62,415 bases of DNA, filler included, from Kipferlia bialata (GCA_003568945.1; 5 parts of 5 records of this genome joined end to end with filler, not necessarily neighbours in it); one strand, 5' to 3'. Shown: positions 49,470 through 62,362, counted from the first letter of the whole stretch. The notes: a model not told the origin generated them from the sequence alone. Made by a program: numbers and translations.

Positions 49470-51732
49470 ATATATACACACCTAGTGTCGTTGCGTGTCT
49501 CATCCTGTGTCCCTTCCTCTGGCCATGGTTGAACCCTAGCACAGGGCCCATGCCCTGATGATAAGATAATGGTGTATGTATACATGCACATATATATATA
49601 TACTAGGATATCGAGAACAGTATAGAGTATATATAGTATAGAGATATATATGTATTCCACATCAGTGTGTTGAACCCAAGCACAGGGCCCATGCCCTAGG
49701 GATAAGATAATGGTGTATGTATACATGCACATATATATCATATGTTATAGAGATATATATGTATTCCATCAGTGTGTTGAACCCTAGCACAGGGCCCATG
49801 CCCTGGAGGGGTGAGTAATTAGTATATATATACACACACATATATATATGTGTGTCTGTGTAAGTATGAGTCTGTGTGTAAGGTATAGTACTATACATAA
49901 ACATGGTTGAACCCTAGCACAGGGCCCATGCCCTGATAATGAGTATATACACATGCATGTCGAAAGATATATAGATATACAGATACAAACACTGATATAC
50001 TCTAGAGAACCCAAATAATGCAAATATCACTCTGAATACACATATCCAATACCTGTGCTATACCGACCATGGGCATGAAGAGTATTGCTCTATAGGTGTA
50101 GGTAGGTACCTATATACATATACACATATACATATATATATATACATGTACTATCCATACCTGTGCTATACCGACCATGGGCATGAAGAGCATCGAGGCA
50201 AACCTGAATGTGAGATAGAAAGGGGGGAGAGATACCCATACATAACACATCCAAATGTGTACTCATGTAATAATAGAGAGACAGTTGTATACACATACTT
50301 AGCAGCCGAATATTGTCTACATATTGCTACATACAACATATACATAAAGCCTATCTAGCCGCCAGTCCATTAGCTGCAACCAGGATGTCATAAACATTTG
50401 GGGGTTTATACGCTTTCAATAATGCTATACTATACTATAGATGTATATGTAATAGAGCTATTCACCTAGCTGCCAGTCCATTGGCTGCCACCAGGATGTC
50501 TCCCAGTCTAAAGATATGTCACAATAATATATTCTNNNNNNNNNNNNNNNNNNNNNNNNNNNNNNNNNNNNNNNNNNNNNNNNNNNNNNNNNNNNNNNNN
50601 NNNNNNNNNNNNNNNNNNNNNNNNNNNNNNNNNNNAAGTCTGGGCTGATGCTGGATGATGTGATATAGATATCATGCATGTATATATATTTGGATTATAC
50701 ATATTAATACTAAATATACATCCACGTATCATTCCCTTAAAGTCTGGGCTGATGCTGGATGATGTGATATAGATACCATGTATATATATTAGGATTATAC
50801 ATATAAATACTAAATGTACCTCCTCTAACCATGCCCTTGAAGTCTGGGCTGATGCTGGATGTGGTCTTTGGTCTGAGGTAGAACCACAGGATGAAGGCGC
50901 CAACCAGGTACTGGGGTTGGATGGATAGAATACATATTGCAGTACAAGTAAACTTAGTGTACTGTAGAGTATTCCGGTAGAATTAACAAGAGAAATACAG
51001 TCAGTAATATGGGCAAACTATGCTCATTTACATGTGACAGAGATGTTGACACCGCTGCCCCACTCATACCAAGGTCCAGGGCACCCTTGTGCTCATGAAG
51101 AGAGGGTATATACACAATACTATTCTCATATATACATATATATATACATACATTCATACCTGAGAAAGGGAGGTAGATACTGCTGCCCCACTCATACCGA
51201 GGTCAAGGGTACCCATGAAGAGAGGGTATATAGTATATATATATATATATATACTATACCTGAGAGAGGGATGTAGATACTGCTGCCCCACTCATACCGA
51301 GGTCTAGGGCACCCATGAAGATAGGGTCACCAATCACATTTAGGATGGCAGCAGTGGCCTAGGGATAAGAGGGAGAGAGAAGGAATAGTGTAATGCAAGA
51401 GTAGCGTTCACAATATATAGCGTCCTACCTGTGCCAGCATAGCAATGGTGCCAACATATACCTTTACATATATGTATATATACAAATGTATATACAATAC
51501 AGTCCTGTGTATAGATGAGTATCCTACTAGTATGACACTCACCTGTGCCAGCATAGCAATGGTGGCCCTGTTCTCAACCCTGGGGGTCAGGGGGGGGGAC
51601 ACATATATGAATATGTATATAACCATTCACACCATATGTACATAGAAAGCAAAAGGATCTCAATACAAACATACCTCAGCAGTGGAAGCGTGCCCATGAT
51701 CAGGAAGTACCCGATGGTATAGAGTATATGAT

Positions 51733-51775
<43 letters not shown>

Positions 51776-52242
51776 ATAAGTATATATTAATATATACCCA
51801 TACCTAAGAAGGGGTAGAGTGCCCATGATCAGGAAGTACCCGATGGGGCTGAACAGAAAGATGACCCTGCTGTAGACAAGAGCAGTGGGCAGTACTAGGG
51901 TTAGAGTGAATATATGTATATATACATATATATATATGGAGAGAGAGGTGACCCTGCTGTACACTAGTGCAGTGGGGAGTACTGGGGTTAGACATACATA
52001 TACGTATGTATATATATAGAGAGAGAGAAACGAGAGAAGGGGAAGAGAGAGCGAGAGATGACCCTGCTGTAGACAAGGGCAGTGGGTAGTACTACGGGGT
52101 TAGACACTTGAATATTAATTAATATATGGAGAGAGAGAGAGAGAGTGAGAGCGAGAGAGAGAGACGTGTGACCCTTACCTTCCTCTGAGCACCCTAGTAC
52201 ATTGAGCAGTATCCACTCCATCTATATATAATACAATATCTA

Positions 52243-52275
<33 letters not shown>

Positions 52276-53911
52276 TAATATGCATATACCTTCCTCCGAG
52301 CACCCTAGCACATTGAATCCATGTATATATACTACCATACCTATCTATATCTATATGTGTATATATATATATATACCTACACATACAATTATACCATATA
52401 TATATACCTTCCTCTGAGCACCCTAGTACATTGAGCAGTATCCACTCCATGTTGGGGAGTAGCACCAGGGAGACAAGCACACCCAGAGACACACCAAGGC
52501 TGGGTATGAGATGATAAGAACATAGACGAAGAAGAACTGATTTACATGAAAACTATACTGAATGTAACAATTGTAGTAATACTACACGCACAGCATGAAG
52601 TGGCCCATCAGGAGCCTGGCCTCCTGGATCTTGTTCTGGGGGTGAATAAAGGGTGTAGAGAGAGAGAGAGAGAATACAATAGCAACTTGTCGAGTGGGAC
52701 TGATATCTTTACCTATGGCATCAATGGAACAAAGAGTGGATATACCTAAATAGTATCTGTGTATACATGTGTGTGTGTATGTACATACCTTGCCCAGCAG
52801 GACTGATATGAGAGCACCCGTGCTGACACCCTCCATGAAGGCAAGGGCTGGGGGTAAGTATATATACATATATATATACGTATATATAGAGAGAGAGAAG
52901 TCATGTGTATATATAAATACGTGCATGTATATATATAGATTAATATCCATGTGCTGACACCCTCCATGAAGGCAAGGGCTGAGGTCAGTATATATGTATG
53001 TATAGAATAGAGAGAGAAAACATATGTGAATATATAACATGTGTGAATATCCATGTGCTGACACCCTCCATGAAGGCAAGGGCTGGATGAGACGTTATTT
53101 ATACTAAACTATGTAGAGATGAGGTCTACACAATATATGCATAAACAAAATGATAACTATGTATATCTCCATAAAGGGCTGAGGCGAGGTGATAATTAGG
53201 TACAGATAAAATACAAAGCATCCATCAATTAATACAAGAAACAATCCATCTACACACAATCCATACCTAGTGGGAGCAGCATCTCCAGGGGTGATATGAG
53301 GGATATGGAGGTGAGACCGTCATCGCCAATGAACCTAGGGTTAGAATAGAAAATTGGAGTGAATTGATACTATAATTACTGTATTACCAACACCTTCTGA
53401 TGAAGTAGAAAGGAAGAGAGAGAGGATGGGGGAGAGAGACTCACCTTCCGATGAAGTAGGAGTCTGTCAGATACATCAGTAGATACAGGAATGTATAGGT
53501 ATACTATCAAGTCACAGAGTAATAATATGATACATAGTAGGATATACATACTTTTAGAGAGAGAGAGAGAAATACTTACTTTCCGATGAAGTAGGAGTCT
53601 GCCAGGTTGTAGAAGGCCTGGAGTTAGAGGGGGGTGGGGGTGGGGGGAGATAATATAATATACATATTCATATATAATACAAACATTGACACTCAGAGAG
53701 ACTGGTGCGTATATATAGGTGTGTGTGCCATGTTGTAGAAGGCCTAGGGTTAGAAGAAGAGGTAGGGGGGGGGATACTATACAGTCTGGTGATCACTGGA
53801 CAATACATATGTACTCACATTGACACTCATTGACACAGCTGTGGGTAGGCACAGCCACAGGAGAAGGGATCCCATTGGGGCAGTGCCCAGTCTGGCAGTG
53901 GCAGCAGTGAC
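47612..53911 (-). CDS. MATE-family multidrug efflux transporter (MepA/NorM-like), 5'-partial, highly intron-rich
   Basis: RLGTAPMGSLLLWLCLPTAVSMSVN|AFYNLADSYFIG|FIGDDGLTSISLISPL...EGVSTGALISVLLGK...AILNVIGDPIFMGALDLGMSGAAVST...GMGPVLGFNHGQRK...GVDGVWQAFFFADL...; acidic tail, stop TAA at 47612. Confidence 0.9.
47824..47890. other. Internal scaffold gap inside an exon-echo array
   Basis: 67 N without the linker 12-mer. Confidence 0.9.
50536..50635. other. Internal scaffold gap next to an exon-echo array
   Basis: 100 N without the linker 12-mer. Confidence 0.9.
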
Positions 53912-53935
53912 CTAACAGTTAGAGAGAGAGATGTC

Positions 53936-54035
53936 NNNNNNNNNNNNNNNNNNNNNNNNNNNNNNNNNNNNNNNNNNNNTTAATTAATTAANNNNNNNNN
54001 NNNNNNNNNNNNNNNNNNNNNNNNNNNNNNNNNNN
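53936..54035. other. Artificial contig-joining linker
   Basis: 44 N + TTAATTAATTAA + 44 N. Confidence 0.97.
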
Positions 54036-54087
54036 TTATAAAGAAGGGTTTTTCCCCCCCCCCCCCCCCCCCCCCCCAACCCCCCAG

Positions 54088-54500
54088 GGAATTGACATCC
54101 CGTCCATCACCCTGGTTGTTAACTTTGATGTCCCCTCCAGTGGGCAGGTGTCACCCCTCGAGACATACATCCACAGGTACACAGGGAGTATGTATATGTT
54201 GCATGTGAGTAGTATACCTACAGTGTCCATTTGAGTCTCACCGTCAGAGTGGGTAGGTGTGGCCGGTTTGGCCGCAAGGGCGTGGCTATCTCCCTGGTCC
54301 ATGACGCCAACTCATACAACCAGCTCATGTCATTCAAGGTGAGTCAACACAATTGCTATTCAATGTAGATACATCAATCATTCTCTGTTAGTACCACAGT
54401 CCCCCCCCTTTGTGTCTGACCCCAGCGTGACACTGGCGTTGACATTGACTGTGTCACCCTCGACAACCTGGAGGCAGAGTACGAGAAGTGGGTCAAGTGA
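54088..54500 (+). CDS. DBP5: DEAD-box RNA helicase Dbp5/DDX19-like, last three exons
   Basis: GIDIPSITLVVNFDVP...ETYIHR|VGRCGRFGRKGVAISLVHDANSYNQLMSFK|RDTGVDIDCVTLDNLEAEYEKWVK*; motifs V/VI with HR (not Q) and the Dbp5-type GVAISxVHD. Confidence 0.8.
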
Positions 54501-54964
54501 GGGGGGGGCCTCTTTCGTTCAGTTAGATGCTGGTTGGGAGAGGGCTGTCCAAGGATGCATTGTGTGTTTGAATTGTAACTGTCCCCTGTTATGCATTAGG
54601 GAGACACATTTATAGATGAAAGTCGATTGTTGCTGTGTTTGCTGCCACTACCACACATTCTACTAGTAGTCTGGCTGGCACTACTGATATGTCCACCTGT
54701 GCTAATTGCAATATATTACATACACCGAACACTGCGGGTGGGCCAACACAGAGTCTCAACCGACCACACCACTAGACCAAGTGTGGAAGTGACTCATGCA
54801 CCATCTACCACAGCTACTGGCTCTCGATCCGCACAAAGCACCTACGGAGAGCTATACGAACCACTAGGCCTTGGGATAACACCAGCCTCAGTGACATATT
54901 AGTCCTGGTAGGATCTCTCGCTCCCCCAGAAAGGACACTGGGCCATGTCTATCACCCTAACACC

Positions 54965-55352
54965 TCACTCAAAGTGGGACAGAGCAAACTCATAGATATC
55001 ATCAGGCTTGGCCACGAGGACAGAGCTCACAAAGTCTGGGGGAAGAGAGAGAAGGGTCAGAATAGTATGGAAACAATGAGAGAATGGAGAGAGAGGGAGA
55101 GATAGAGAGAGAGAGAGAGAGGCAGAGGTAGGCTATGGAGAAGACCACGATATAGGGAGACCACCCCCCCTCTCCCCCCTCCATTCCCTGTGTACCTGTG
55201 ATGATGTCCCTCAGCTCAGGGTGGATGGACAGGTACTCGGCATGCTCACGCTCCAGCTCCTCCTGCGTCCGCTCGTACTCTGCCACGTGTTCCACTGGGT
55301 ACCTCTCCTCCACGTCGTCAGGGACCTCAGGGGTCTCAGCAGTCTCACTCAT
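54965..55352 (-). CDS. Small RIIa/Dpy-30-type dimerisation-docking domain protein (CATIP C-terminus/RIIAD1-like), two coding exons
   Basis: MSETAETPEVPDD...EELEREHAEYLSIHPELRDIIT|DFVSSVLVAKPDDIYEFALSHFE*; matches the YL..HPE+..++.DF+..+L..+P.D+..FA..+F pattern. Confidence 0.8.
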
Positions 55353-55529
55353 CTGCACCTGAGTAAGAGAAAGACAGCACCAAAATCTCAGGTTTTTGTC
55401 GATGCTTAGCAAAAGGGTTTGACACAAGATATGCAAGCCTACACTCTTCGGTGCAGCTTGTGTGGAGGTCTATTACAGTACCTTCTCTCTTCAGCCACTG
55501 TGAACCAGGTGTAGACAACTGCTACTCAA

Positions 55530-58157
55530 ATGAGTGAGGCTAGCCATGCATTGCAGAGCCGTCCCCGGACTGTGGACGGGGGTGAGTGAGGGAGTGTGTC
55601 TGACCCTCTTGAGGACCCAGTCATCCTGCCCCCCTCCTTAGTGGGGGAGAGTGAGGTACCGAAGGGTGGGGCTGAGGCTGCCCCTGCCTCCCCTGAGGTC
55701 CCCCAGTACACCAAGCCCCGTGCTGTTGTGATGTCGATGGTGGCTACTATGCTGGGGTCCAGTCTGCTCAGCCTGTCATACGGGTACTCACAGGTAGGGG
55801 GACGGGGAGAGAGAGAGAGAGAGAGAGAAGTATGCGATACTATACCTTGCGGTAACTAATACCTTCTACGATGGTGGTAGGAGGTACAGGAAGTGATTAT
55901 ATGATCCATCCAATCATCCAATCAATCACCAGTCTCCTCACCTTCAGGCTGGTATCATCGGTGGTCCTCTGGTTGTGATCTTTGCGGCAGTCATCTGTGC
56001 ACAGACAGCCATCCTGATTGTTAGGTACCAGTGTGTGTCTCTTACCCCAAGATATGGGACGTCTGATCTGTCTCTCCTCTCCCTTCTGTTCTGACCCCAG
56101 GACAGGCGATGCCTACACCAGCGAGACTGGCCATGACGCAGTGGACTTCCCATCTGTGGCTGCACACTTTGTCGGGAAGTGGTACGTTCTCTCTCTGTAT
56201 CCCTCCCCCTCCCCCTCTCACGCCATAGGGCCATTGGGGCAGTATTATATTATCAGTATCACATCTGATACTCTCTCTCTCCCCCCCCCCCCTCTCTCAC
56301 CCCAGGGCCATTGGGGCAGGCAGTCTGGCCTCTCTGATTGTCCTGACAGGGGCATATATGGCATACTTGTACGTCAATCATTCAGTATCTGGTGTATAAT
56401 GACTGTACTTCCTCTCAGTCTCTATTTGTCTGTGGTCTATGATGTCTTCCCCCCACTCTATTACCTCTCTTTCCAGCTTCCTAACCCCCTCAGTGTATAC
56501 ATTGCCTCCTACCTGGGCAGTATCGGGACATGCTTCGGTGTGGAGGTGAGCATGATCCCATACTATCCTACTATAGTGGTCTGTTGGTATTCTCTTGTCC
56601 CCCCCTCACCATCCAGATCCCCTCCTACGTGTGTGTTGGTGTGGCCATTCTGACCCTTGGCGTCCTGTCCCTCCTTAGGGATGTGCGTAGACTGGTCTCC
56701 ATAGCCCAGATGGGCATAGTGTTCACGGCCATCCTGTCTGGGGTGGTGGTGTTGACAGGCCTCAGGCACATCCCACAGCAGACATGCAGCGTCAAGGTAT
56801 GAGGGTATGTATATACATATAGAGTGTAGGATATGGATACCCTGTCCCACCCCCAGGGCTATCTGTTCCAGAGGGGCGTGGCCAAGCTGTTTGGCATCAC
56901 CATCAGCCAGTTCATGCTGCACAACCTGCTGCTAGGTATATGGCTATTGTGGTTATATGGGTGTATGTGTATATATACTACTGATACTGATACTGATCAC
57001 TATCAGCCAGTTCATGCTGCACAACCTGCTGCTAGGTGGGTTGTAGTGTTATATCCGGTGTCGGTGTATCTGTATTCTATTGTCCCCCCCCCCACTCTAG
57101 GTGTTCTGAAGGGCACCCACCCCTCTGCCCGCACTGGCATCCTGAGGGTCACTCTGCTCTGTCTGTGCCTTGTCAATATGACTGTGGGCATGGCTGGATA
57201 CATGGGGTACAGGTGGGGAGGGGGGTGATTTACAGTGTACCATAGTTCTCTCTATGCATCCGGTGGGGCTCCTGAGACCCACTGGGTATGTTGATTGATA
57301 GTGATTCTCCTTCTGTTCACATGCGTACTCCCTTATCATCCCTGATTCAACCTCTCACCCAGGTGTGAGGGTGTTCCCCAGAACTTCAGCGAGCTCTTTC
57401 CCCACACCCCCATAGGCAGCCTCATATACGTCATACAGCTAGGTACGGACTGACATGAGTTATATTGTGTACACTGCACCATACTATCTCCCCCCTATAC
57501 CAGTGTACATTGTCTGTCAATATTTGTACCCAATATATCCTCCCCGTTCCCCTTATCAATCCACCCCCAGTGTACATTGTGTCTGTGTTCCCTCTGCTGC
57601 AGATGGTTGTGAGGGACAACATCGGGGGCCTGTACTTCTTCTACACATCCATGCGGGCTGAGTACACACCCCTCCCGGAGTCCTTTGAGGAGGAGGAGAG
57701 AGAGGGAGAGGGAGAGGGAGAGAGGGATGGCGACGTGGGAGACATTAGAGTGGAGGGTGGTGACTGTGGTACTGATGCCGATGCCCCCTCAGATGCTGAG
57801 CAGCCCAGAGCACGTACCCAGAGGGTTGATATCCTGATATCCGTCGTCATGCTGTGTATGGCGTCATTCATATCCCTCAAGTGCCCACAGGTCGGGGATA
57901 TTCTCGGGTACGGCAGTGTATCTATTTGTATATGACTCTATCCATACTTCGGGTACCGAAATTGCTACTCCACTTGACCCCCTCTCACCCCTAGCATCTG
58001 TGGTGCAGCAGGTGGCCTGATCTACGTGTTCATCCTCCCTTTGCTGTGCTACAGGGCACTGGAGAAGAGGGAGCACAGGTGGAACCCGATGAAGGCAGTT
58101 GGCACAGGCGTGCTCATACTGATAGGGGGGCTAGGGCTCTGTCTGCAGGCACTATGA
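55530..58157 (+). CDS. Amino-acid transporter (AAAP/SLC38-type Aa_trans family), multi-exon
   Basis: VVMSMVATMLGSSLLSLSYGYSQ|AGIIGGPLVVIFAAVICAQTAILIV...VDFPSVAAHFVGK...LSLLRDVRRLVSIAQMG...ISQFMLHN...VGMAGYMGY...VYIVSVFPL...YVFILPLLC...LQAL*. Confidence 0.85.
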
Positions 58158-58374
58158 GAGGATCTACAGTGTAGAGAGAGTGTCTGTATGGAAGAGGATA
58201 GGTCCTCTGATGTGCAGAGGTTTTGTGTGTGATAGTTGTGTGTCCCAGGCTGTTCTGGCCGGAGGATGCTCTTCGTTAATAATGTGTATATATGCATAGT
58301 GTGTGGGATGTGTGAGGATCCATCAATAGACTCATCAACCCCATGTCATGAATGATACACATGCCACTCCATGT

Positions 58375-60955
58375 CTATGTGTTGACTGGCCATCTGCACC
58401 GAGCCCACACCTCTCTGTCAGGGTCACTAGTGAATGATGTCTGCTGGGTCAGGATGTATCTCACCTCAGACAGATACCGGTACAGCATCTCAATGTCCTC
58501 CTGATAGTCAGGGACACGCAAGTAATATGAATACATCAATATCAGGTGTGAATCAATGAGAGACACTGCTTCAGCTACAGCCCTCCAGGCATAAGAAGGC
58601 AGTTCAAAACGAAATTACACCCAAAGAGTCCACTCATTCAGTGAGCTACTGCTCGCACTTGACCAAGCACTCACCTCTCGAAGTGCCAGTTCCTCATCCA
58701 AGACACCCTTCTTTAGGAACACAATCCATTGAGACATGATCTGAGGTGAGGTGTGGAGGGCAAGCAATTACATTGACTCTATATTATTAACATGTTGGAC
58801 CACCGCACCTTCTTAATTAGCCCTGATACTTCCTCTACGTCTTCTGTCCGCTGCCAGAACCTGAGGGGTTGGTAACGTGTATACAATAGGAAGAAGTCAA
58901 ATAGTAAAACAGAAGACATACTCAATTGAGTATCAGCACAATGGGTAGTCAAACTGAGTGTGAATATGACGGCTGCATTCTCCACGCTCCTAGCCCCACC
59001 TGTTGCACCCGATCCCCACCACTGTAGTGGATAGCAGTATACCAAATGAGGCCAGGTAGTCCTTGCGTCTCAGGGCGGCGGTGCCCATCTTGTATCTGGT
59101 GGTGAGTATCATAGTACAAGTACATACATACATGCAGTATCCACACTCTCCCCCTGTACCTGTCGTGCAGTATGCCTGTCAGGGAGTGGATGGCCTCAGA
59201 GGGGTCATCACCACCAGCAGCCTAGGGGTGGGAGATAATGAGTGTCTGATACATCTATACTCAGAGCCATACCATATACCTCGAACTACTCTTCAGTATC
59301 AGAATCAGTCAATATGTATCCATCAGCTACATGTATCATATATACTACTGTCCCATACCTCGAACCACTCCTCCTCGAACTCTCTGATGGCCAGCACTGT
59401 ATCCACAGGGACCAACATCCACAACAGGCTGGGGGTGAGGGGGATATAGATACCAGGGAAGAGTCATACGTCCTCAAGGAAAAATCAAAAACACTTCAAC
59501 ACGTCTTAAGGGATCTGTCACACAGACGCCAACAGATGATTCTTACAGAGAGAGGCTGATGGAGTGTCAACATACAACTATTACAATGCCCTCACCTCTC
59601 GACCTCCTGCTCCGTGGGAGTCCCTCCCCCTATTGGCGGCAGAGTGCACCTAGCGGCATCTGCCGACTCTGCCCTATCAACTGCGGCATACACAGCCTGC
59701 ACAGCTGGGGACACAGTGCCTAGGAGAGAGGCTGAGGCATCCTGGTACATGGGTGCAGGACTCATACATGGGGATGGGGAGAAGGAGACACAGGGGGAGG
59801 GAGACATGGTCGGGGAGGCGCCACCCCTTGAGTTGATCCCCATCTCTACACCCTTGACCCTGCCCTTGGATATGCCCCTAGCCATGGTGCTACTACCATG
59901 AGGCATGATGGGCAAGGGTGATGCGGACCCCGTCCCCATCCAGGCACTCCTAGGCGACATGGCAGTCCCACCCCCTGCACCCTGGGCATCGGAGTCTAGA
60001 GGGGGGACAGGCAGACACACACACGTCTTGGACCGCAGAGGGGCTAGGACTATGACCTTACACACTGGGTTGTGGGACTCCAGACGCAGCCACTCCTAAA
60101 GAGTGAGGAGACATGGGAAGGAGACACATAGGAAGTATGAGAGAGAGAGTGAGAGTGAGAGAGAGAGATATACGGGGGGGGGGGGTCAGCACCCATTCAC
60201 TAAACTACAGTACATGTAGTACTCCATACCGTTCCCAGCTCTGCCAGGTGGGTGTGCCCTAATACAGACACTACCTCCTGGGGGGTGGGGTTGGAGGAGA
60301 GGACAGGCTGCGTGGGGACAGCAACCGGGGGAGGAGGGGGGAAGGTGGGGATGGGCAGGACATCAGGCTGAGGGGCAGGAGGGACACTGGGTGCCCCCAC
60401 CCCTTGCCCCTGTGCCTCATGTATATCCCTTGGCCTGGTGACACCCGGAGGGGCAGAGGGGGTGTCGCCACCAGTATGTGCACCAGAATCAGTCACAGTC
60501 TTGGAAATCATTGGTACATCAGCATCTGTCACAATCTCACTGGCTGACTGAACTGCACAATACTCCACAATACTAGTGGCTTGTGCATCCTCCTGAACCT
60601 GGTTAGTGTCAAGTGACGGAAGCACCACTCCTGTCGTCACTGGCACTGCCTCTGTCCCTGTGTCTATGGGTGTCTCTACCACGTTAGGCACAGAGGGTAT
60701 GGGGGAGGCACACTCCACCAGGGCACTGTCATCGATGTCTATCACCTCCTCCCCCCCGTGTACAGGGGTGGGTCGGGCACCAGAGGGTGTGGGGGTCACG
60801 GGACGGGACTTGGGTTGGAAGAAGCTGTTCACCTTTTCCTGCAAGGGACTGATGCTCTGCGACTCAGATCGCTCCTCCCGCTGCCCCGAAGGGCGGCGTT
60901 TCGCCTTGGGCTCCTTATGTGTGGAGTGGGCACCGTGTTTCGGGTGCTTCCTCAT
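58375..60955 (-). CDS. Hypothetical protein with a Pro/Ser-rich N-terminal half and a helical C-terminal region, multi-exon
   Basis: Long exon ORFs 60955-~60230 and ~60095-59595, then in-phase small exons (LLWMLVPVDTVLAIREFEEEWFE|AAGGDDPSEAIHSLTGILHDR|YKMG...|DYQEDIEMLYRYLSEVRY...WPVNT*); no family recognised. Confidence 0.6.
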
Positions 60956-61076
60956 CCTGTGATGGGTGTATAGAGTATGTATATAGAGTGAAAGGTCCTA
61001 AACCCTTGATTCACTTGCTCAAACATGCAGCCCATGAGAGCACAGCAGACGTCTGCTCATTCATTGATCGTTCAGA

Positions 61077-62290
61077 ATGGCCAAGGCAAAGACTGCCCAG
61101 CACCCCGACAAGCCCAAGAGGCCTGCCTCAGCGTACGTGCCTACCCGCACCTTTCTTCACCCTCATACTCAATCCCCACTCACCGTTCTGCGCCTTTTAG
61201 TCTTTTCACATATCCTTTTTCGGCATCTTACTGTACTGTATTCTCCTAGAAGCTCTAAAGTGATCGTAATTGCCTGTGGTGTGTGTTGTGCTACCAGTAT
61301 ATACTCTACTCTTACCCCCAGTTACATCCTGTACATGAAGGATGAGCGTGAGAACGTCAAGAACAACCACCCCGACCTGCCACCCAAGGAGATCATCCGT
61401 GTGGTACGTCATTTCTGCCTCTGATCTCTGTGTATAGACCAATTACCGTGCTTATAGGGTGATGGTGTAGTCTTTGGCCGTTTTGACCTGGTATATGTCT
61501 GCATCTCCCTCACCCCCAGGTTGCCCAGCAGTACAAGGCACTCTCTGAGGCAGAGATGAAGCCATACGTCGATGCTTACGAGAGGTGGGTTCATCTGTCC
61601 CACCTTCTTTACTCCTATCTTCCCTATTTCAATTATGATTAACTCAATCCCCCTCTCTGCCGTCTGCCCTGAAGGAGTGAGGCACACCCAGTATCGTCAG
61701 TATCCCACTTTGTATATATGAGATGACCTCTACTGCATCTGACCCTCAGGGCCAAGGAGGACTATGACATTGCCATGGAGGAGTTCTTTGTGAAGCACCC
61801 CGAGGAGAGGGGCGCCAAGGGAGGTAGGGCCAAGTCTATGCATCCATATCGAGATGACTGTCACTTTTTCTCTAATTCCATACCCCCCCCCCCCCTAACA
61901 CGAGGGTTGTCTGCAATACTTCCTCACTATCCTCCTGTCTCTATCCACTCTGACCCCCAGCCGGAGGTGCCAAGAAGGGCGCTGCCAAGAAGGGCAAGGA
62001 GGACGGGTGAGTATGTTGTATTATGCTATTTGCTGGATACCACTACTCTACTCCACTGACCCATCCTGTCCCTGACCCCTAGGGATGACAAGCCCAAGAA
62101 GGGCAGGGCCCCCACGGCATTCATCCTCTTCAGCCAGGTACATGGATATGTATATGAGTATATACACGTATTTGTGTTGGTGATATGTGCTCTATATTGG
62201 CTGGACATACCATACCCACCGCCCCCCTCACCCCAGGCCTGCAGGAACAAGTACAAGAAGAAGCACGGAAAGTCTCTTGGCTTCAAGGAG
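61077..62290 (+). CDS. HMG-box protein (HMGB/Nhp6-like) with at least two boxes, 3'-partial
   Basis: MAKAKTAQHPDKPKRPASA|YILYMKDERENVKNNHPDLPPKEIIRV|VAQQYKALSEAEMKPYVDAYER|AKEDYDIAMEEF...KPKKGRAPTAFILFSQ|ACRNKYKKKHGKSLGFKE. Confidence 0.92.
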
Positions 62291-62362
62291 GTGCGTCAAC
62301 ATATATCAAGAGTGCATTACCATTCACTTTCACTAGCTAGAGTATATATTGATCTGTTTGTT

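Noticed and set aside
19700..53079. Many short YIYIYI/CVCVC/SLSLSL ORFs in the ORF track
   Set aside because: Translations of intronic (TA)n, (TG)n and (CT)n microsatellites.
55587..55589. In-frame TGA near the start of the transporter, suggesting recoding
   Set aside because: It lies in a plausible phase-1 intron (GTGAGT at 55582 to AG at 55641 or 55620), and TGA is an ordinary stop elsewhere.
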